Source of the DNA: a phage
Sequence record: PZ347775.1
Direction: 5' to 3' (one strand)
Length of the DNA: 64,000 nucleotides
Shown here: positions 43,596 to 53,035 of the stretch, piece after piece
Numbering within the stretch: the stretch's first letter is position 1
Layout of the letters: each line of letters begins with the position of its first letter
The notes under the pieces: generated by a model
What the model was told of the DNA's origin: nothing
Database searches by the model: none
Seen by the model: the letters and a program-made list of their open reading frames with translations, nothing else
Made by a program: the position numbers and the translations under genes

Positions 43596-43639
43596 AGTTA
43601 TCTCTCACTTGTTAAAAAGATTTTATACTCCACAGGACC

Positions 43640-43669
43640 ATTATACTCTGGTCCCAAGAGTTTGTAAAC
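43640..43669 (-). promoter_or_regulatory. sigma70 early promoter (GTTTAC -35, TATAAT -10)
   Basis: Reverse complement GTTTAC-18nt-TATAAT upstream of 43595. Confidence 0.55.
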
Positions 43670-43827
43670 TATTAATTCAAAATAGCTACCACTGCACTAC
43701 GAGGTACTACGCTAAAATCACCTGCATGAACAACGTTCAGAAGTTCAACACGATAAATTTTCATTTTATTATCCTCAGTAGCTATGGTGTTATAATACCA
43801 TAACTAACCGAGGAAGTAAACAACTTT

Positions 43828-44511
43828 TTATCGTTTTGTTGGAAGGGATAGAGGATCGCAATCTTCCTCTGACGGAGCATCTTCAAGACCCATAGCATAT
43901 CGCAAAGCATACTTCATCATCAGGATGTCTTTCGCACAGTCATGAATAGAATCATGTGCAACGAATCCATCTAAAGTTCCCTTTGGAAGAGGACATGTGG
44001 TCATATCACGAACAAGCAAAAGTGCTTCAATTCTAGTACGAATATCACGTTGATTCCAGAATTTACATGGTTCTAACTTAAATGTATCAAGCTCATTCTC
44101 AGAAACGCCATTAAGACGTTGAATATCGCGAATGAGATCGACTAAAATTGGAAAATCAAACGACATTCCACGGCACCAGCCTTGAGATTTCCAAGGATCG
44201 ATGTTATGTGCATTGATGTAATCATTAAATTTTGCAATACCATCGATAGTGCTTACATCTTCATCTGATGGCGCAATATTTTTTCGAGCTTCAGGAGACT
44301 GATTTTTCCACCATTCGATAGTGCTTTTAGTAAAAAGACGATGTCCTTTTTGGCTTTTTAAATCAAACTTGATTTTAATGCCGCGTGAAACTAATTCATC
44401 AAAGGATTCAACTACTTCTGGGTTAGGGTCAAAGGCAATAACAGCTAAGTCAATAACAGCTGCTTTTTCACCGCTTCCCATTGTTTCAAAATCTATAATA
44501 AAATCAAACAT
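43828..44511 (-). CDS. dexA: exonuclease A (DnaQ-like 3'-5' exonuclease)
   Basis: 227 aa as T4 DexA; DEDDh-like N-terminal motif DFETMG. Confidence 0.8.
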   Translation of the reverse strand: MFDFIIDFETMGSGEKAAVIDLAVIAFDPNPEVVESFDELVSRGIKIKFDLKSQKGHRLFTKSTIEWWKNQSPEARKNIAPSDEDVSTIDGIAKFNDYINAHNIDPWKSQGWCRGMSFDFPILVDLIRDIQRLNGVSENELDTFKLEPCKFWNQRDIRTRIEALLLVRDMTTCPLPKGTLDGFVAHDSIHDCAKDILMMKYALRYAMGLEDAPSEEDCDPLSLPTKR

Positions 44512-44753
44512 TAAATTTTCCTCGCTAAATCGCGAATTTGACCTACAGTATAATCTTGGATATAAACTTTATTAATGGGCTCATCAATAAATTTTGCCAT
44601 AGATTCAATATCTTTTTGTATCTCTTCAAGACTGTATACTATCTTTAAAGCTTTTTCGCGAATAGTAACATTATCAGGTCCTGAATTTTCTTGAATGACA
44701 GCTTTAACATTTGTCATAAGAGATTTAAACTGCTGCAAACTTAATTCAATCAT
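44511..44753 (-). CDS. hypothetical protein (about 80 aa)
   Basis: Track ORF trimmed to first ATG (MIELSLQQF). Confidence 0.45.
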   Translation of the reverse strand: MIELSLQQFKSLMTNVKAVIQENSGPDNVTIREKALKIVYSLEEIQKDIESMAKFIDEPINKVYIQDYTVGQIRDLARKI

Positions 44754-45006
44754 TAATAACCGCCTTATAAAGATGGCTAATTTCACCTAAAACATAATCA
44801 CTGATTGTAACAGTTTTCACTTCACCACAAAAGAATTCTAACGCAATCAAATCTCGTTCAATTTCTTCCAATTGAAGCATTAACTTGCCTGATTCAATTT
44901 TCACGTTTTTGCGATTTTTACTATAAGCTATTTCATATATTTCGCTCACTTTATCTTGAAGTAGATAAAACTGGTCTTTAGTTATTTCCACGAATAGCTT
45001 CCTCAA
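44746..45006 (-). CDS. hypothetical protein (86 aa), start uncertain
   Basis: ORF track; apparent non-ATG start. Confidence 0.4.
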   Translation of the reverse strand: MRKLFVEITKDQFYLLQDKVSEIYEIAYSKNRKNVKIESGKLMLQLEEIERDLIALEFFCGEVKTVTISDYVLGEISHLYKAVIND

Positions 45007-45012
45007 ATTTAA

Positions 45013-46332
45013 TCATACATAAAACACATCATAACGACCACGTGTTACACCAACATAAAGAAGCTGCTGAGCCAATTCAGCATCTGCATAATGGATACAA
45101 GGCGTATAGATAAAAGCACGGTCTACAGACATGCCCTGAGCTTTGTGGAATGTTGATGCAGGAAGTGCTTTCACTTTACTAAACTGTGATTTAGCATCCC
45201 AAAAATCACTCCATGGAGCTTTTCCACCTTTATTCCAATTTTTATAAGTTTCTGCCGTTTTACCTAAAAATAAGTTAAACTTATACAGCTCTTCATCAGA
45301 TGAAATTATTTTAATCTTTTCACGATAATATTCATCATCGCCGTAAGTTTCTACTGTTAAATCCCAATGACGAATTAGATATTCTCCAGGAACACCACGA
45401 GCTTTAACAAATGTTGATGTATACTCTGCTTCTATAATACGAACTAATTGTCCGTTATTAAAAATAATTTCTGACACAGGCTTTCCATCAATTTTATATG
45501 TTTTAATTAGTGGTTCCTGCATTACAATAATTTCACCAACGATAAAATCTTTATCAGTTTCAAAAATCTTTTTACGAATAATGCTATTTAACTTGTCAAC
45601 AGATTTATTCGTAAATGCCATTACACGATTTTCAAACAAATCATCTAGTGATTTTACGATTGAAAAATAATTTACCATAAAATCGCGTAAAGCGGTATCA
45701 CCAGTAAATCCACGTACTCCATGTCCGTCAACAATTTTATCATAAATCCACTTACCATTACGAACATCAGTAGCTACATCAATAATAGGAGCATTACTGC
45801 GTTTAACTTCAGTGAGTTCACACTGATAAAAATCTTTATGTGTAAAGAATGGACTGATATAAGCAGTGTTTTCTCCTGGGTCAACAGGTCTAATTTGCTT
45901 ATTATCGCCTATTCCAATTATAGTACACCATGGCGGGATAGTTGAAAGCAAAATTTTAAATAGCTTTCTATCATACATTGACACTTCGTCGCAGATTAAT
46001 ACCCTGCATTTAGCCAAATCCGGTACTTCTTTTTGCTCAAAAAGAACGTTTTCTTCGTATGTTACTGGGTTAATTTTGAGAATACTGTGAATAGTACTCG
46101 CTTCTTTCCCTGACAGTTTTGAAAGAATCTTTTTAGCTGCATGAGTAGGAGCTGCTAAAATAATGCCAGTTTCGCCTGTAGATATTAAGGCTTCAATGAT
46201 GAACTTAGTAAGAGTAGTCTTACCAGTACCAGCAGGTCCATTAATAGTTACATGATGTTTCTTTTCTTTAATAGCCCTCATAACGATGTTAAAGGCATTT
46301 TTCTGGCCTTCTGTCAAATCATCAAATGTCAT
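45013..46332 (-). CDS. dda: DNA helicase Dda (SF1B)
   Basis: 439 aa; Walker A GPAGTGKTT; T4 Dda size. Confidence 0.9.
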   Translation of the reverse strand: MTFDDLTEGQKNAFNIVMRAIKEKKHHVTINGPAGTGKTTLTKFIIEALISTGETGIILAAPTHAAKKILSKLSGKEASTIHSILKINPVTYEENVLFEQKEVPDLAKCRVLICDEVSMYDRKLFKILLSTIPPWCTIIGIGDNKQIRPVDPGENTAYISPFFTHKDFYQCELTEVKRSNAPIIDVATDVRNGKWIYDKIVDGHGVRGFTGDTALRDFMVNYFSIVKSLDDLFENRVMAFTNKSVDKLNSIIRKKIFETDKDFIVGEIIVMQEPLIKTYKIDGKPVSEIIFNNGQLVRIIEAEYTSTFVKARGVPGEYLIRHWDLTVETYGDDEYYREKIKIISSDEELYKFNLFLGKTAETYKNWNKGGKAPWSDFWDAKSQFSKVKALPASTFHKAQGMSVDRAFIYTPCIHYADAELAQQLLYVGVTRGRYDVFYV

Positions 46333-46640
46333 CGTAAATTCCCTGCAATTGGTATACTAACAATACGCCCAGTATCTAAAATTCGCCGATATAATCTTTG
46401 TGTGTCTACATCAGGCTTAACATGTTTAACTTCTATTTTATTAAACCAAAACTTGCGTGGAGTCTCAACTAATCTCGGAATTCCCATACCTAAAGCTAGT
46501 CGATACTGCTCTTTAAGAGTTGTAAAAACTTTATCGGCAATCTCCCTTTCAAAAAATACAGCAGGACGATGTTCATCAAGAGGAACAGGCACCGCAAATC
46601 CATCTTTATCTCTATACACTATCGCATATACATAAAACAT
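46329..46640 (-). CDS. hypothetical protein (103 aa)
   Basis: ORF track; ATGA overlap with dda. Confidence 0.55.
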   Translation of the reverse strand: MFYVYAIVYRDKDGFAVPVPLDEHRPAVFFEREIADKVFTTLKEQYRLALGMGIPRLVETPRKFWFNKIEVKHVKPDVDTQRLYRRILDTGRIVSIPIAGNLR

Positions 46641-46641
46641 A

Positions 46642-47388
46642 TTATCCTCGGATAAGTTTAAAAATTGAACAATTTAGCGGGTATCCTCTTTTCAGTTTAA
46701 GTTTATCAATAAAAGACAAGTTTTGATACCGCTCTACACCTTGAATAATTTTATCACACATATCATATTGCATTTCTGCTTCTGACAACTTTTTCACAGT
46801 TTTCCAATCCGAGCCTTTAAGAAGAACGTTCAATTTAACAACTTCAGCGCCTTCTGCTATACGAGAACCATCAATACGAGCTTTGAGTGCTACAATCGTT
46901 AGCTTAATGTCAGAGGTTTGTTTTGATTTAGAAAGCTGAGAAATGTGTTCAATTCGGTTTTCGCGTTTTTTCTGTATAGCTTTAATTTGATTATAAGTCT
47001 TTTTGATTTTAGCCCATTTCTTTTCATCTAAATTTAGTTTATGAACTTTTTTCGCAGATGAACGACCAATTCGTAAAGCAAACAAATCACGCTTTTCAAT
47101 CAACTCTTCTAAAGTATAATCAGAACGAAATGTATTGTACTTTTTCTTTACTGCAATAACATTCCCTTTAATGTATCCAACGTTATTATCAAAACGTTCT
47201 AATGATAATTTCTCTCCTTCAATACGATTATCAAAAGGTTCTCCCGAGTAAGCGCAAACTTTCTGATCTAAAATGTTCTTAATGTAATTGAAGTCTAAGT
47301 TAAAATCTTTAGAACGTCTTTTGGCAGATGCCTGAGTATGCTCTAAACGACGTGTAATTTTACGAATTTGATTTTTAGACAGTTTCAT
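46642..47388 (-). CDS. srd: probable Srd (sigma-like regulator)
   Basis: 248 aa basic protein between dda block and modA as in T4; assignment by synteny. Confidence 0.55.
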   Translation of the reverse strand: MKLSKNQIRKITRRLEHTQASAKRRSKDFNLDFNYIKNILDQKVCAYSGEPFDNRIEGEKLSLERFDNNVGYIKGNVIAVKKKYNTFRSDYTLEELIEKRDLFALRIGRSSAKKVHKLNLDEKKWAKIKKTYNQIKAIQKKRENRIEHISQLSKSKQTSDIKLTIVALKARIDGSRIAEGAEVVKLNVLLKGSDWKTVKKLSEAEMQYDMCDKIIQGVERYQNLSFIDKLKLKRGYPLNCSIFKLIRG

Positions 47389-47418
47389 ATTTTTCTCACG
47401 GACGGGTTAACTACTTAT

Positions 47419-47448
47419 ACTATAACATTTTTACTTCAGCTTGTAAAC
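47419..47448 (-). promoter_or_regulatory. sigma70 early promoter (GTTTAC -35, TATAGT -10)
   Basis: Reverse complement GTTTAC-18nt-TATAGT upstream of srd. Confidence 0.5.
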
Positions 47449-47504
47449 AACTTTATGAAAAATGCTTTAAAACTTTCATGGTATAATGAATCTAAGTCCT
47501 TCCA

Positions 47505-48107
47505 TTATAGATTAAATCCTTCAAAATCAAGAGTATAGATAGTGTATGTTGAATACTTTTTATACTCGTATCTATCCGCAATTCTAAATACACTTCCAGC
47601 TGGTATCATTACTTCCTGTTCATCTGAAACTAATTCCATATTACGATAACGATGGCTATCCGGAAATTTAAAACTCGGACTATATTCTTTACAACGTAGA
47701 GCTTTTATAGCATACTCCTGAAAATTAAATACCATAGGAGCTTTGAATTCAAAAATAACTTGTGTGTTGTATTCTAATCCAGAAGCAAAATGCAGAGCTA
47801 TATTTTTATCATATGAAGCTGATACTACTTTATCGAATGTAATAATATCAATTCCTTGATTTAACACCTGTTTAGTCTCAACTGGAACACCTCTCCAAAG
47901 AGGTTTATCGTTTGGAACCAAACGAGATTTGATTATTTCATTTAACCAAGAATGATCGTCTGGCTTATTAGTAATACAATGAATTAAAAGTTCAATTTCA
48001 GATAAATTAAATCCTTCAGAAAGTAATTCTTCACGAATAGAAGCACGCACCGATGCATCCATTGATTTTATTTTAAAATCTTTTAATTGCATTGCTGAAT
48101 ATTTCAT
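47505..48107 (-). CDS. modA: ADP-ribosyltransferase ModA
   Basis: 200 aa; paired with adjacent 211-aa paralog sharing ...E.....IP.G... C-terminal core; T4 modA-modB arrangement. Confidence 0.7.
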   Translation of the reverse strand: MKYSAMQLKDFKIKSMDASVRASIREELLSEGFNLSEIELLIHCITNKPDDHSWLNEIIKSRLVPNDKPLWRGVPVETKQVLNQGIDIITFDKVVSASYDKNIALHFASGLEYNTQVIFEFKAPMVFNFQEYAIKALRCKEYSPSFKFPDSHRYRNMELVSDEQEVMIPAGSVFRIADRYEYKKYSTYTIYTLDFEGFNL

Positions 48108-48739
48108 TCAACTACCTCAATATCATACACTTTAAATGTTCCAAACGAATCATGTAATTTTTCTTTTGAAATAGAAGTTATTTTATACTTTCCAATTGGA
48201 ATCATCCATTCTTGTTCACGTACAATCATCATTAAGTTATCAGTACGTTCTGAATCTAATCCATCAGTATCTTCATATGTATACTTAAACTCAGTATTAG
48301 GAGAAGAAAGTATAATATCGCTGATATGGTCAGAGTAATTAAAAGCTTTATCAGTTTTTAAGCGAAGTACTATTTCAGTGAAATATTCAGCATAGGAAAA
48401 AGAACACGCTGTATGCAAACTAGTAGTAAATGAATCTACTCTGTTCGTTGAAAACACTTCTCCAACTTGTAAATCTTTAATGAGTTCTTTTGTCGATTTT
48501 GATATACCACGATATAACTGATAAGGTGATTCAGTTAAATGCTTTTTAATGATTTTATTCAACTGCCGATGAAGAGCTTCATTCTTTTTGGCTTCCATAC
48601 ATTGCCAAAGAATTGACTGTTCAAAGTCAGTAAATTTTTCACAGACCTTTTTATACATATCATATTGAAAATCGACACTTTCAGCTTTTATAGATAACTG
48701 TTCAACATCTGCGAGATTAATAATCATGATAGCCTCCAT
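48104..48739 (-). CDS. modB: ADP-ribosyltransferase ModB
   Basis: 211 aa; ATGA overlap with modA. Confidence 0.7.
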   Translation of the reverse strand: MEAIMIINLADVEQLSIKAESVDFQYDMYKKVCEKFTDFEQSILWQCMEAKKNEALHRQLNKIIKKHLTESPYQLYRGISKSTKELIKDLQVGEVFSTNRVDSFTTSLHTACSFSYAEYFTEIVLRLKTDKAFNYSDHISDIILSSPNTEFKYTYEDTDGLDSERTDNLMMIVREQEWMIPIGKYKITSISKEKLHDSFGTFKVYDIEVVE

Positions 48740-48753
48740 ATACTTCAGAAGCT

Positions 48754-48783
48754 ATCATATCATTGTTAGGAAGGAAAGTAAAC
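48754..48783 (-). promoter_or_regulatory. sigma70 early promoter (GTTTAC -35, TATGAT -10)
   Basis: Reverse complement GTTTAC-18nt-TATGAT upstream of modB. Confidence 0.45.
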
Positions 48784-48794
48784 AACTTTTTGAA

Positions 48795-48977
48795 TTATTT
48801 TGCCCAGGGAGCCCAGGGCGGAGGGTCAAGATGGTATGAAGCTAGTTCTTCTAGAAGAGCATCTGGGGCTTCAATTCCATAATTCTGTAATACTATACGG
48901 TACTCTTTCTTATAATCACTAGAATCATTCTGGATATTCGTAGAATGATTATCTTCTAACATCTCAAATAAATCCAT
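48795..48977 (-). CDS. hypothetical protein (60 aa)
   Basis: ORF track. Confidence 0.45.
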   Translation of the reverse strand: MDLFEMLEDNHSTNIQNDSSDYKKEYRIVLQNYGIEAPDALLEELASYHLDPPPWAPWAK

Positions 48978-48985
48978 ATTAATTC

Positions 48986-49456
48986 CTAGCGATAAAAACC
49001 AAAATAACGATTAGTTTCAATAATCTTTCTTTCTTCTTCGGACATTCTCCAGCGTAGTCCAACATCAAAATGAGCCCAGACCATCTTAACAAATGCATTT
49101 ATATCTTTAATATCTTCAATAATGAATGTTTTACTTTTAGAAGGTTGACTCGCTAATTTAACTTTATCGTCTTCAAACAGGTCAAAAAGACCATATTCAT
49201 GAGCTCTTTTATAGCCTTTAATAGTTAAAGCTTCAGAAGAAGAAAATGGTGAATCAGTATTCTGCAAAATATCTTCAGTATGCTTTATAATTAGAATAAC
49301 ATTTTCTGGATATTTTCTTTCTTTTATATCTTTAATTAAAAGATCCGGATTTTCTGCTAAAGGAATAATTAATGAGCACTTTTTATCAAGTGTATTTACT
49401 GATTTACCTTCTTTGGACATAAATTCTATTGAATAATGTTTTGCTACTTCAATCAT
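48986..49456 (-). CDS. hypothetical protein (156 aa)
   Basis: ORF track. Confidence 0.55.
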   Translation of the reverse strand: MIEVAKHYSIEFMSKEGKSVNTLDKKCSLIIPLAENPDLLIKDIKERKYPENVILIIKHTEDILQNTDSPFSSSEALTIKGYKRAHEYGLFDLFEDDKVKLASQPSKSKTFIIEDIKDINAFVKMVWAHFDVGLRWRMSEEERKIIETNRYFGFYR

Positions 49457-49609
49457 GTGATTTCCTCTTGCCTACTAATGGGCCGTCAGGAATTTTGTTT
49501 TCCTGGATATATTTCTCATTTTCTTCCATCATTTTACTGCCAATTTTAAGAAGCAAATCCAATGCTTCATTTGCTTTAGCCTTGGCCTCTTCTAGCGTCA
49601 TATCTCTGT

Positions 49610-49813
49610 TCACGATTTATCCCCATAGATGTCTCTCATCAATTTAAGCGCTGAGCGTTCTAATTTCTTTTCTTTCTCAACGCTAATCATTGATTTCATC
49701 CATTCTTCTGATTCGTTCTGCATTTCTTTATTTGCTTGTTCAACCCAACCATCATCAATGTACATTGAGTTTGGTCTATTGAACCATTCAAACATTTTCT
49801 TCAGAACTTTCAT
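49610..49813 (-). CDS. hypothetical protein (61-67 aa)
   Basis: ORF track; alternative start at internal Met would remove overlap with upstream gene. Confidence 0.45.
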   Translation of the reverse strand: MKVLKKMFEWFNRPNSMYIDDGWVEQANKEMQNESEEWMKSMISVEKEKKLERSALKLMRDIYGDKS

Positions 49814-50285
49814 TTGTTTTACCTAAAACAACAGTAGGAGCATCATCAAATTCATGAATTTTTAGCAAATTTGGATGTAAACTATTCCACACAGAAGAAA
49901 TAAAGTATGATAAAGCATCTTCGTCCACAATTATAAATTTATTTCCTTTATCTATTTTCCAACTATATACTGAATCGTACGAATAAAAAGATAAAGGTTC
50001 ATCATTATATTTTTCTGTGTTAACATTAATGTATTCTGATTTAGTAAATGCTTCAATTGCTCTAAACGGAATATTTGGTACAGTTTCAATAATACCAATC
50101 TTTTTAAGTTTTATTTCAGCATCTTCTGGAACTGGCATTGAAACAAAATTTTCTACGAGATACATTGGGTCACAATAACCCTTATCAATCATTACTGCTA
50201 CTGTAATTGGAATATCTTTAGCAAACGCCATGCTATCACTGCTAATATACATTTCAAACAAAATCGCTTCCATAATTTTCCTCAA
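49788..50285 (-). CDS. hypothetical protein (165 aa)
   Basis: ORF track. Confidence 0.5.
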   Translation of the reverse strand: MRKIMEAILFEMYISSDSMAFAKDIPITVAVMIDKGYCDPMYLVENFVSMPVPEDAEIKLKKIGIIETVPNIPFRAIEAFTKSEYINVNTEKYNDEPLSFYSYDSVYSWKIDKGNKFIIVDEDALSYFISSVWNSLHPNLLKIHEFDDAPTVVLGKTNESSEENV

Positions 50286-50623
50286 TCACAAGATGTAGAT
50301 GAACAACTAGAATCACAAGAACTTCCACACGAATCGCCCGTCCATACATGAACAGGAACATTAGTGTCATATGAATCAGAACTAGACTGCGTATTCTGCG
50401 TATTAGATGATGTAGTAGGTGTTGACCAGCGCCAAGGATTTTTATAATATTCTTGGGCTTCTTCATAAGTCATAGTAACTGCTTCTACTGTTCCATCTCC
50501 CATATAAACATATTCAACTACAGTTAAAGGAAGGTAGTCATTTGAAATAGGAACTACACCTTCCCCAGGAGTCGTAGAGAAAAAATCCGTAAAGAAGCTT
50601 TTAAACCAATTAAAGATAAACAT
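50282..50623 (-). CDS. hypothetical protein (113 aa) with Cys/Ser-rich C-terminus
   Basis: ORF track; C-terminus [18 protein letters not shown]. Confidence 0.5.
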   Translation of the reverse strand: MFIFNWFKSFFTDFFSTTPGEGVVPISNDYLPLTVVEYVYMGDGTVEAVTMTYEEAQEYYKNPWRWSTPTTSSNTQNTQSSSDSYDTNVPVHVWTGDSCGSSCDSSCSSTSCD

Positions 50624-50829
50624 TACAAAAAGCCTCTCTTGAATTCGACTTGCTTCTCGCCATAATCATATCGAATCTCTGCATTAAATTCGACAGAACC
50701 ATCTGCGTACATCATAAATGAATGCACAACAACTTCTGTAGACCATGGCTGTAGTTCATATTTCTTCATTACATGCCGTGAAATGATAATATCTAAATCT
50801 TCATTTGGTTTAATCCAGCGATTTAACAT
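50623..50829 (-). CDS. hypothetical protein (68 aa)
   Basis: ORF track; early promoter upstream. Confidence 0.5.
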   Translation of the reverse strand: MLNRWIKPNEDLDIIISRHVMKKYELQPWSTEVVVHSFMMYADGSVEFNAEIRYDYGEKQVEFKRGFL

Positions 50830-50855
50830 AGTGCTCTCCTCTATAAGATAATTTT

Positions 50856-50885
50856 ATTATACCATACTCATTTTGGAAAGTAAAC
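50856..50885 (-). promoter_or_regulatory. sigma70 early promoter (GTTTAC -35, TATAAT -10)
   Basis: Reverse complement GTTTAC-18nt-TATAAT. Confidence 0.55.
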
Positions 50886-50894
50886 CGGTAAAAT

Positions 50895-50920
50895 GAAAAA
50901 AGGACTCCCGGAGGAGTCCT
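50895..50920 (-). terminator. rho-independent terminator after soc
   Basis: mRNA aggacucc-UCCG-ggaguccu hairpin followed by UUUUUU. Confidence 0.65.
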
Positions 50921-50925
50921 TGAAA

Positions 50926-51171
50926 TTATTCACCAGTTACTTTCCACAAATCTTCGTTTGCAGTAATCCATTCAGTACGTTGATTTTCTTCATATACTGT
51001 AGAATATGCTGCTTTTTCTGAAGGGAATGTCTGGTAATGAGAGCCAGAAATTTTGTGAACGTCAGAATAAAGAGGGAAAGCTACAGAAATTTCCTTTCCT
51101 TCAATTTTCTTATTTCCATCTAATTTTTGCTCAAATGTTTTGATATTAACATAACCGCGAGTACTAGCCAT
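50926..51171 (-). CDS. soc: small outer capsid protein Soc
   Basis: 81 aa; followed by strong terminator; position as T4 soc. Confidence 0.75.
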   Translation of the reverse strand: MASTRGYVNIKTFEQKLDGNKKIEGKEISVAFPLYSDVHKISGSHYQTFPSEKAAYSTVYEENQRTEWITANEDLWKVTGE

Positions 51172-51187
51172 GTAATTCTCCTTTTAT

Positions 51188-51397
51188 TTAAATTACATGA
51201 CTATTTATAATAAATTCTTGCGGAACGCTAAAATATCCAATTTTAGTTAATATAACAACATCACCGTTAATAACTACCGGAGAATAATCGGCTGGAGCAT
51301 TAAACTTCCAATGAGCTCTAATATTATATCCATCAGAACCAAATGCTCGACTAGCCGGTCTCCCGGCTTTTTGCCATGCATAAAAATCAAATTTCAT
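51188..51397 (-). CDS. hypothetical protein (69 aa)
   Basis: ORF track. Confidence 0.45.
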   Translation of the reverse strand: MKFDFYAWQKAGRPASRAFGSDGYNIRAHWKFNAPADYSPVVINGDVVILTKIGYFSVPQEFIINSHVI

Positions 51398-51594
51398 TTT
51401 GAATGCTCTATAATTAATTTTAAGGCTTCTTCATGCACCTTACCTAATTGTATATGTCCAGTTTTAATTGTGTAAGCTTTGTGGAGCTGATTAGATAAGA
51501 GCTCACATACGAGCTCCTTGTCATAATTTTTAAATAGCTGGTCAATACGTTTCTTGTGGGCTTTCTTAAGCTGGCGTTTATTTAAACGAGCCAT
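51394..51594 (-). CDS. hypothetical protein (66 aa)
   Basis: ORF track. Confidence 0.45.
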   Translation of the reverse strand: MARLNKRQLKKAHKKRIDQLFKNYDKELVCELLSNQLHKAYTIKTGHIQLGKVHEEALKLIIEHSK

Positions 51595-52112
51595 TAATAA
51601 CCTCGGTCTTGACGAGCGAAGTTTTCAGCATTTTTCAGATAATAAAGTTTAAAGATTTCTTCAGCCGTAAGACCAAGACCTTGGAACATGTTCAGAACGA
51701 AATGAAGAATATCAATCATTTCGAATTTAATTTCCAACTGGTCTTGTGGAGACAAATCAGTAATTAGAGTTTCACGGCGTTCACCATGTTGAGCTTTCCA
51801 AGGCTTCCATACAGCAGATGCATCTTTTTCGCCATTGCTCATACCGCCAAGAGATGTCAGAAGTTCACGGAATTCATCGTCAATATAATCTTTCTGATTA
51901 CGTAGCCAATCAACAACTTCACCAGCAGTAGCCAAATCATCAGGATGACGATTATATTCAGGTTTATCTTTAGCTAAACGAACTTGCAGAGATTTCTGCA
52001 TATCAAGCATAACCTGCAGCGGGTCTTTTTCATCACAGAGAATATCCCAGTATTCATTTTGAGCTTTATCAGCGCCTTCGATCAGATGACTACATTCGTT
52101 GAAATGTGGCAT
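51594..52112 (-). CDS. 56: dCTP pyrophosphatase (dCTPase-dUTPase)
   Basis: 172 aa; MazG-like all-alpha NTP pyrophosphatase features; position as T4 gene 56. Confidence 0.8.
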   Translation of the reverse strand: MPHFNECSHLIEGADKAQNEYWDILCDEKDPLQVMLDMQKSLQVRLAKDKPEYNRHPDDLATAGEVVDWLRNQKDYIDDEFRELLTSLGGMSNGEKDASAVWKPWKAQHGERRETLITDLSPQDQLEIKFEMIDILHFVLNMFQGLGLTAEEIFKLYYLKNAENFARQDRGY

Positions 52113-52113
52113 G

Positions 52114-52764
52114 TTATTTTTCCTTTCTTATGAAGTTTTCTATCATATGTCTATAGCAGATATTAGGATAACCTGCCTTGACAGCTATTTTATTAAATTT
52201 TGTGCGCTTAGGTCTATTATTATAAACCCATAATTCATAAAGCGCATCATAACTATTCCATATTTCTCCTCGCCTAGGATTTGGTAAACCGTATCGAGGC
52301 GAATTTTTACCGCTAAATCTTCCTTTTCGGGCTTTACTCATATTAGCCTTGGCTTCATCGGATATAATTTTACCTTTATGAGCTAGACGCATTTTGGCTT
52401 TAGTTTCTTCTGGGGTCTTTTTGCCTTTAATCCATGACGGCTTGCCATATCTAGGATTATTTTCACCCGAGAAAAGAACAGAGTTTTGGATTTTAAGAGT
52501 TTCTATTAATCTACTTGTTAATTTAACACCTTTATTATATCGCATTAAATTTACAGCATAATGCAATCCTCTCACATCTGGATATATTTTAGTTAATAAT
52601 CTATGAGCTATAAAATGCTCACGCGCAGTTAACTCAACAAGATTGTTTTTGTCATCTGCTCCTCCTATACATCTAGGAATTATATGATGGCGTTCTTTAT
52701 ATCCGCCAAGATGCCGGCATTTAGCTTTTGTAATTAAAGCCGAGTAAATTTTTTGGTAATTCAC
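52114..52764 (-). CDS. HNH homing-endonuclease-like protein
   Basis: 216 aa; HNH motif ERHHIIPRCIGGADDKNNLVELTAREHFIAH; basic repeats NPRYG...GKK; apparent GTG start with AAGGA SD. Confidence 0.7.
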   Translation of the reverse strand: MNYQKIYSALITKAKCRHLGGYKERHHIIPRCIGGADDKNNLVELTAREHFIAHRLLTKIYPDVRGLHYAVNLMRYNKGVKLTSRLIETLKIQNSVLFSGENNPRYGKPSWIKGKKTPEETKAKMRLAHKGKIISDEAKANMSKARKGRFSGKNSPRYGLPNPRRGEIWNSYDALYELWVYNNRPKRTKFNKIAVKAGYPNICYRHMIENFIRKEK

Positions 52765-52834
52765 ATATATCCTTTCAATTCATTGGTTAGTAGATTAATT
52801 ATACAATAAATATATAAAGCAATAAGGAGGATAT

Positions 52835-53035
52835 ATGGTACAAAAATTAATGGCACTTGTTAATGCCATCAAAGGTAATAAAAAACGTATAGCTTTTACT
52901 ATTTCTGCTATGATAGGAATTTTACTTTGGAATTTTGTTTTATCGCCAGTTGCTATTGCTCATGGCGTTAGTATTCCAGTAATTACTCTTGATACATTCG
53001 TAGATTTAGCATTTGCTTTAGTTGGGTTAATTTAA
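52835..53035 (+). CDS. small hydrophobic protein (66 aa), opposite strand to neighbours
   Basis: ATG preceded by AAGGAGG 7 nt upstream; two hydrophobic segments; convergent with gene 61; no clear promoter. Confidence 0.35.
   Translation: MVQKLMALVNAIKGNKKRIAFTISAMIGILLWNFVLSPVAIAHGVSIPVITLDTFVDLAFALVGLI

Noticed and set aside
52765-52834. Late promoter for the plus-strand 66-aa ORF (AATAAATA at about 52805)
   Set aside because: One mismatch from the strict TATAAATA consensus at the first position, so the ORF currently has no supported promoter
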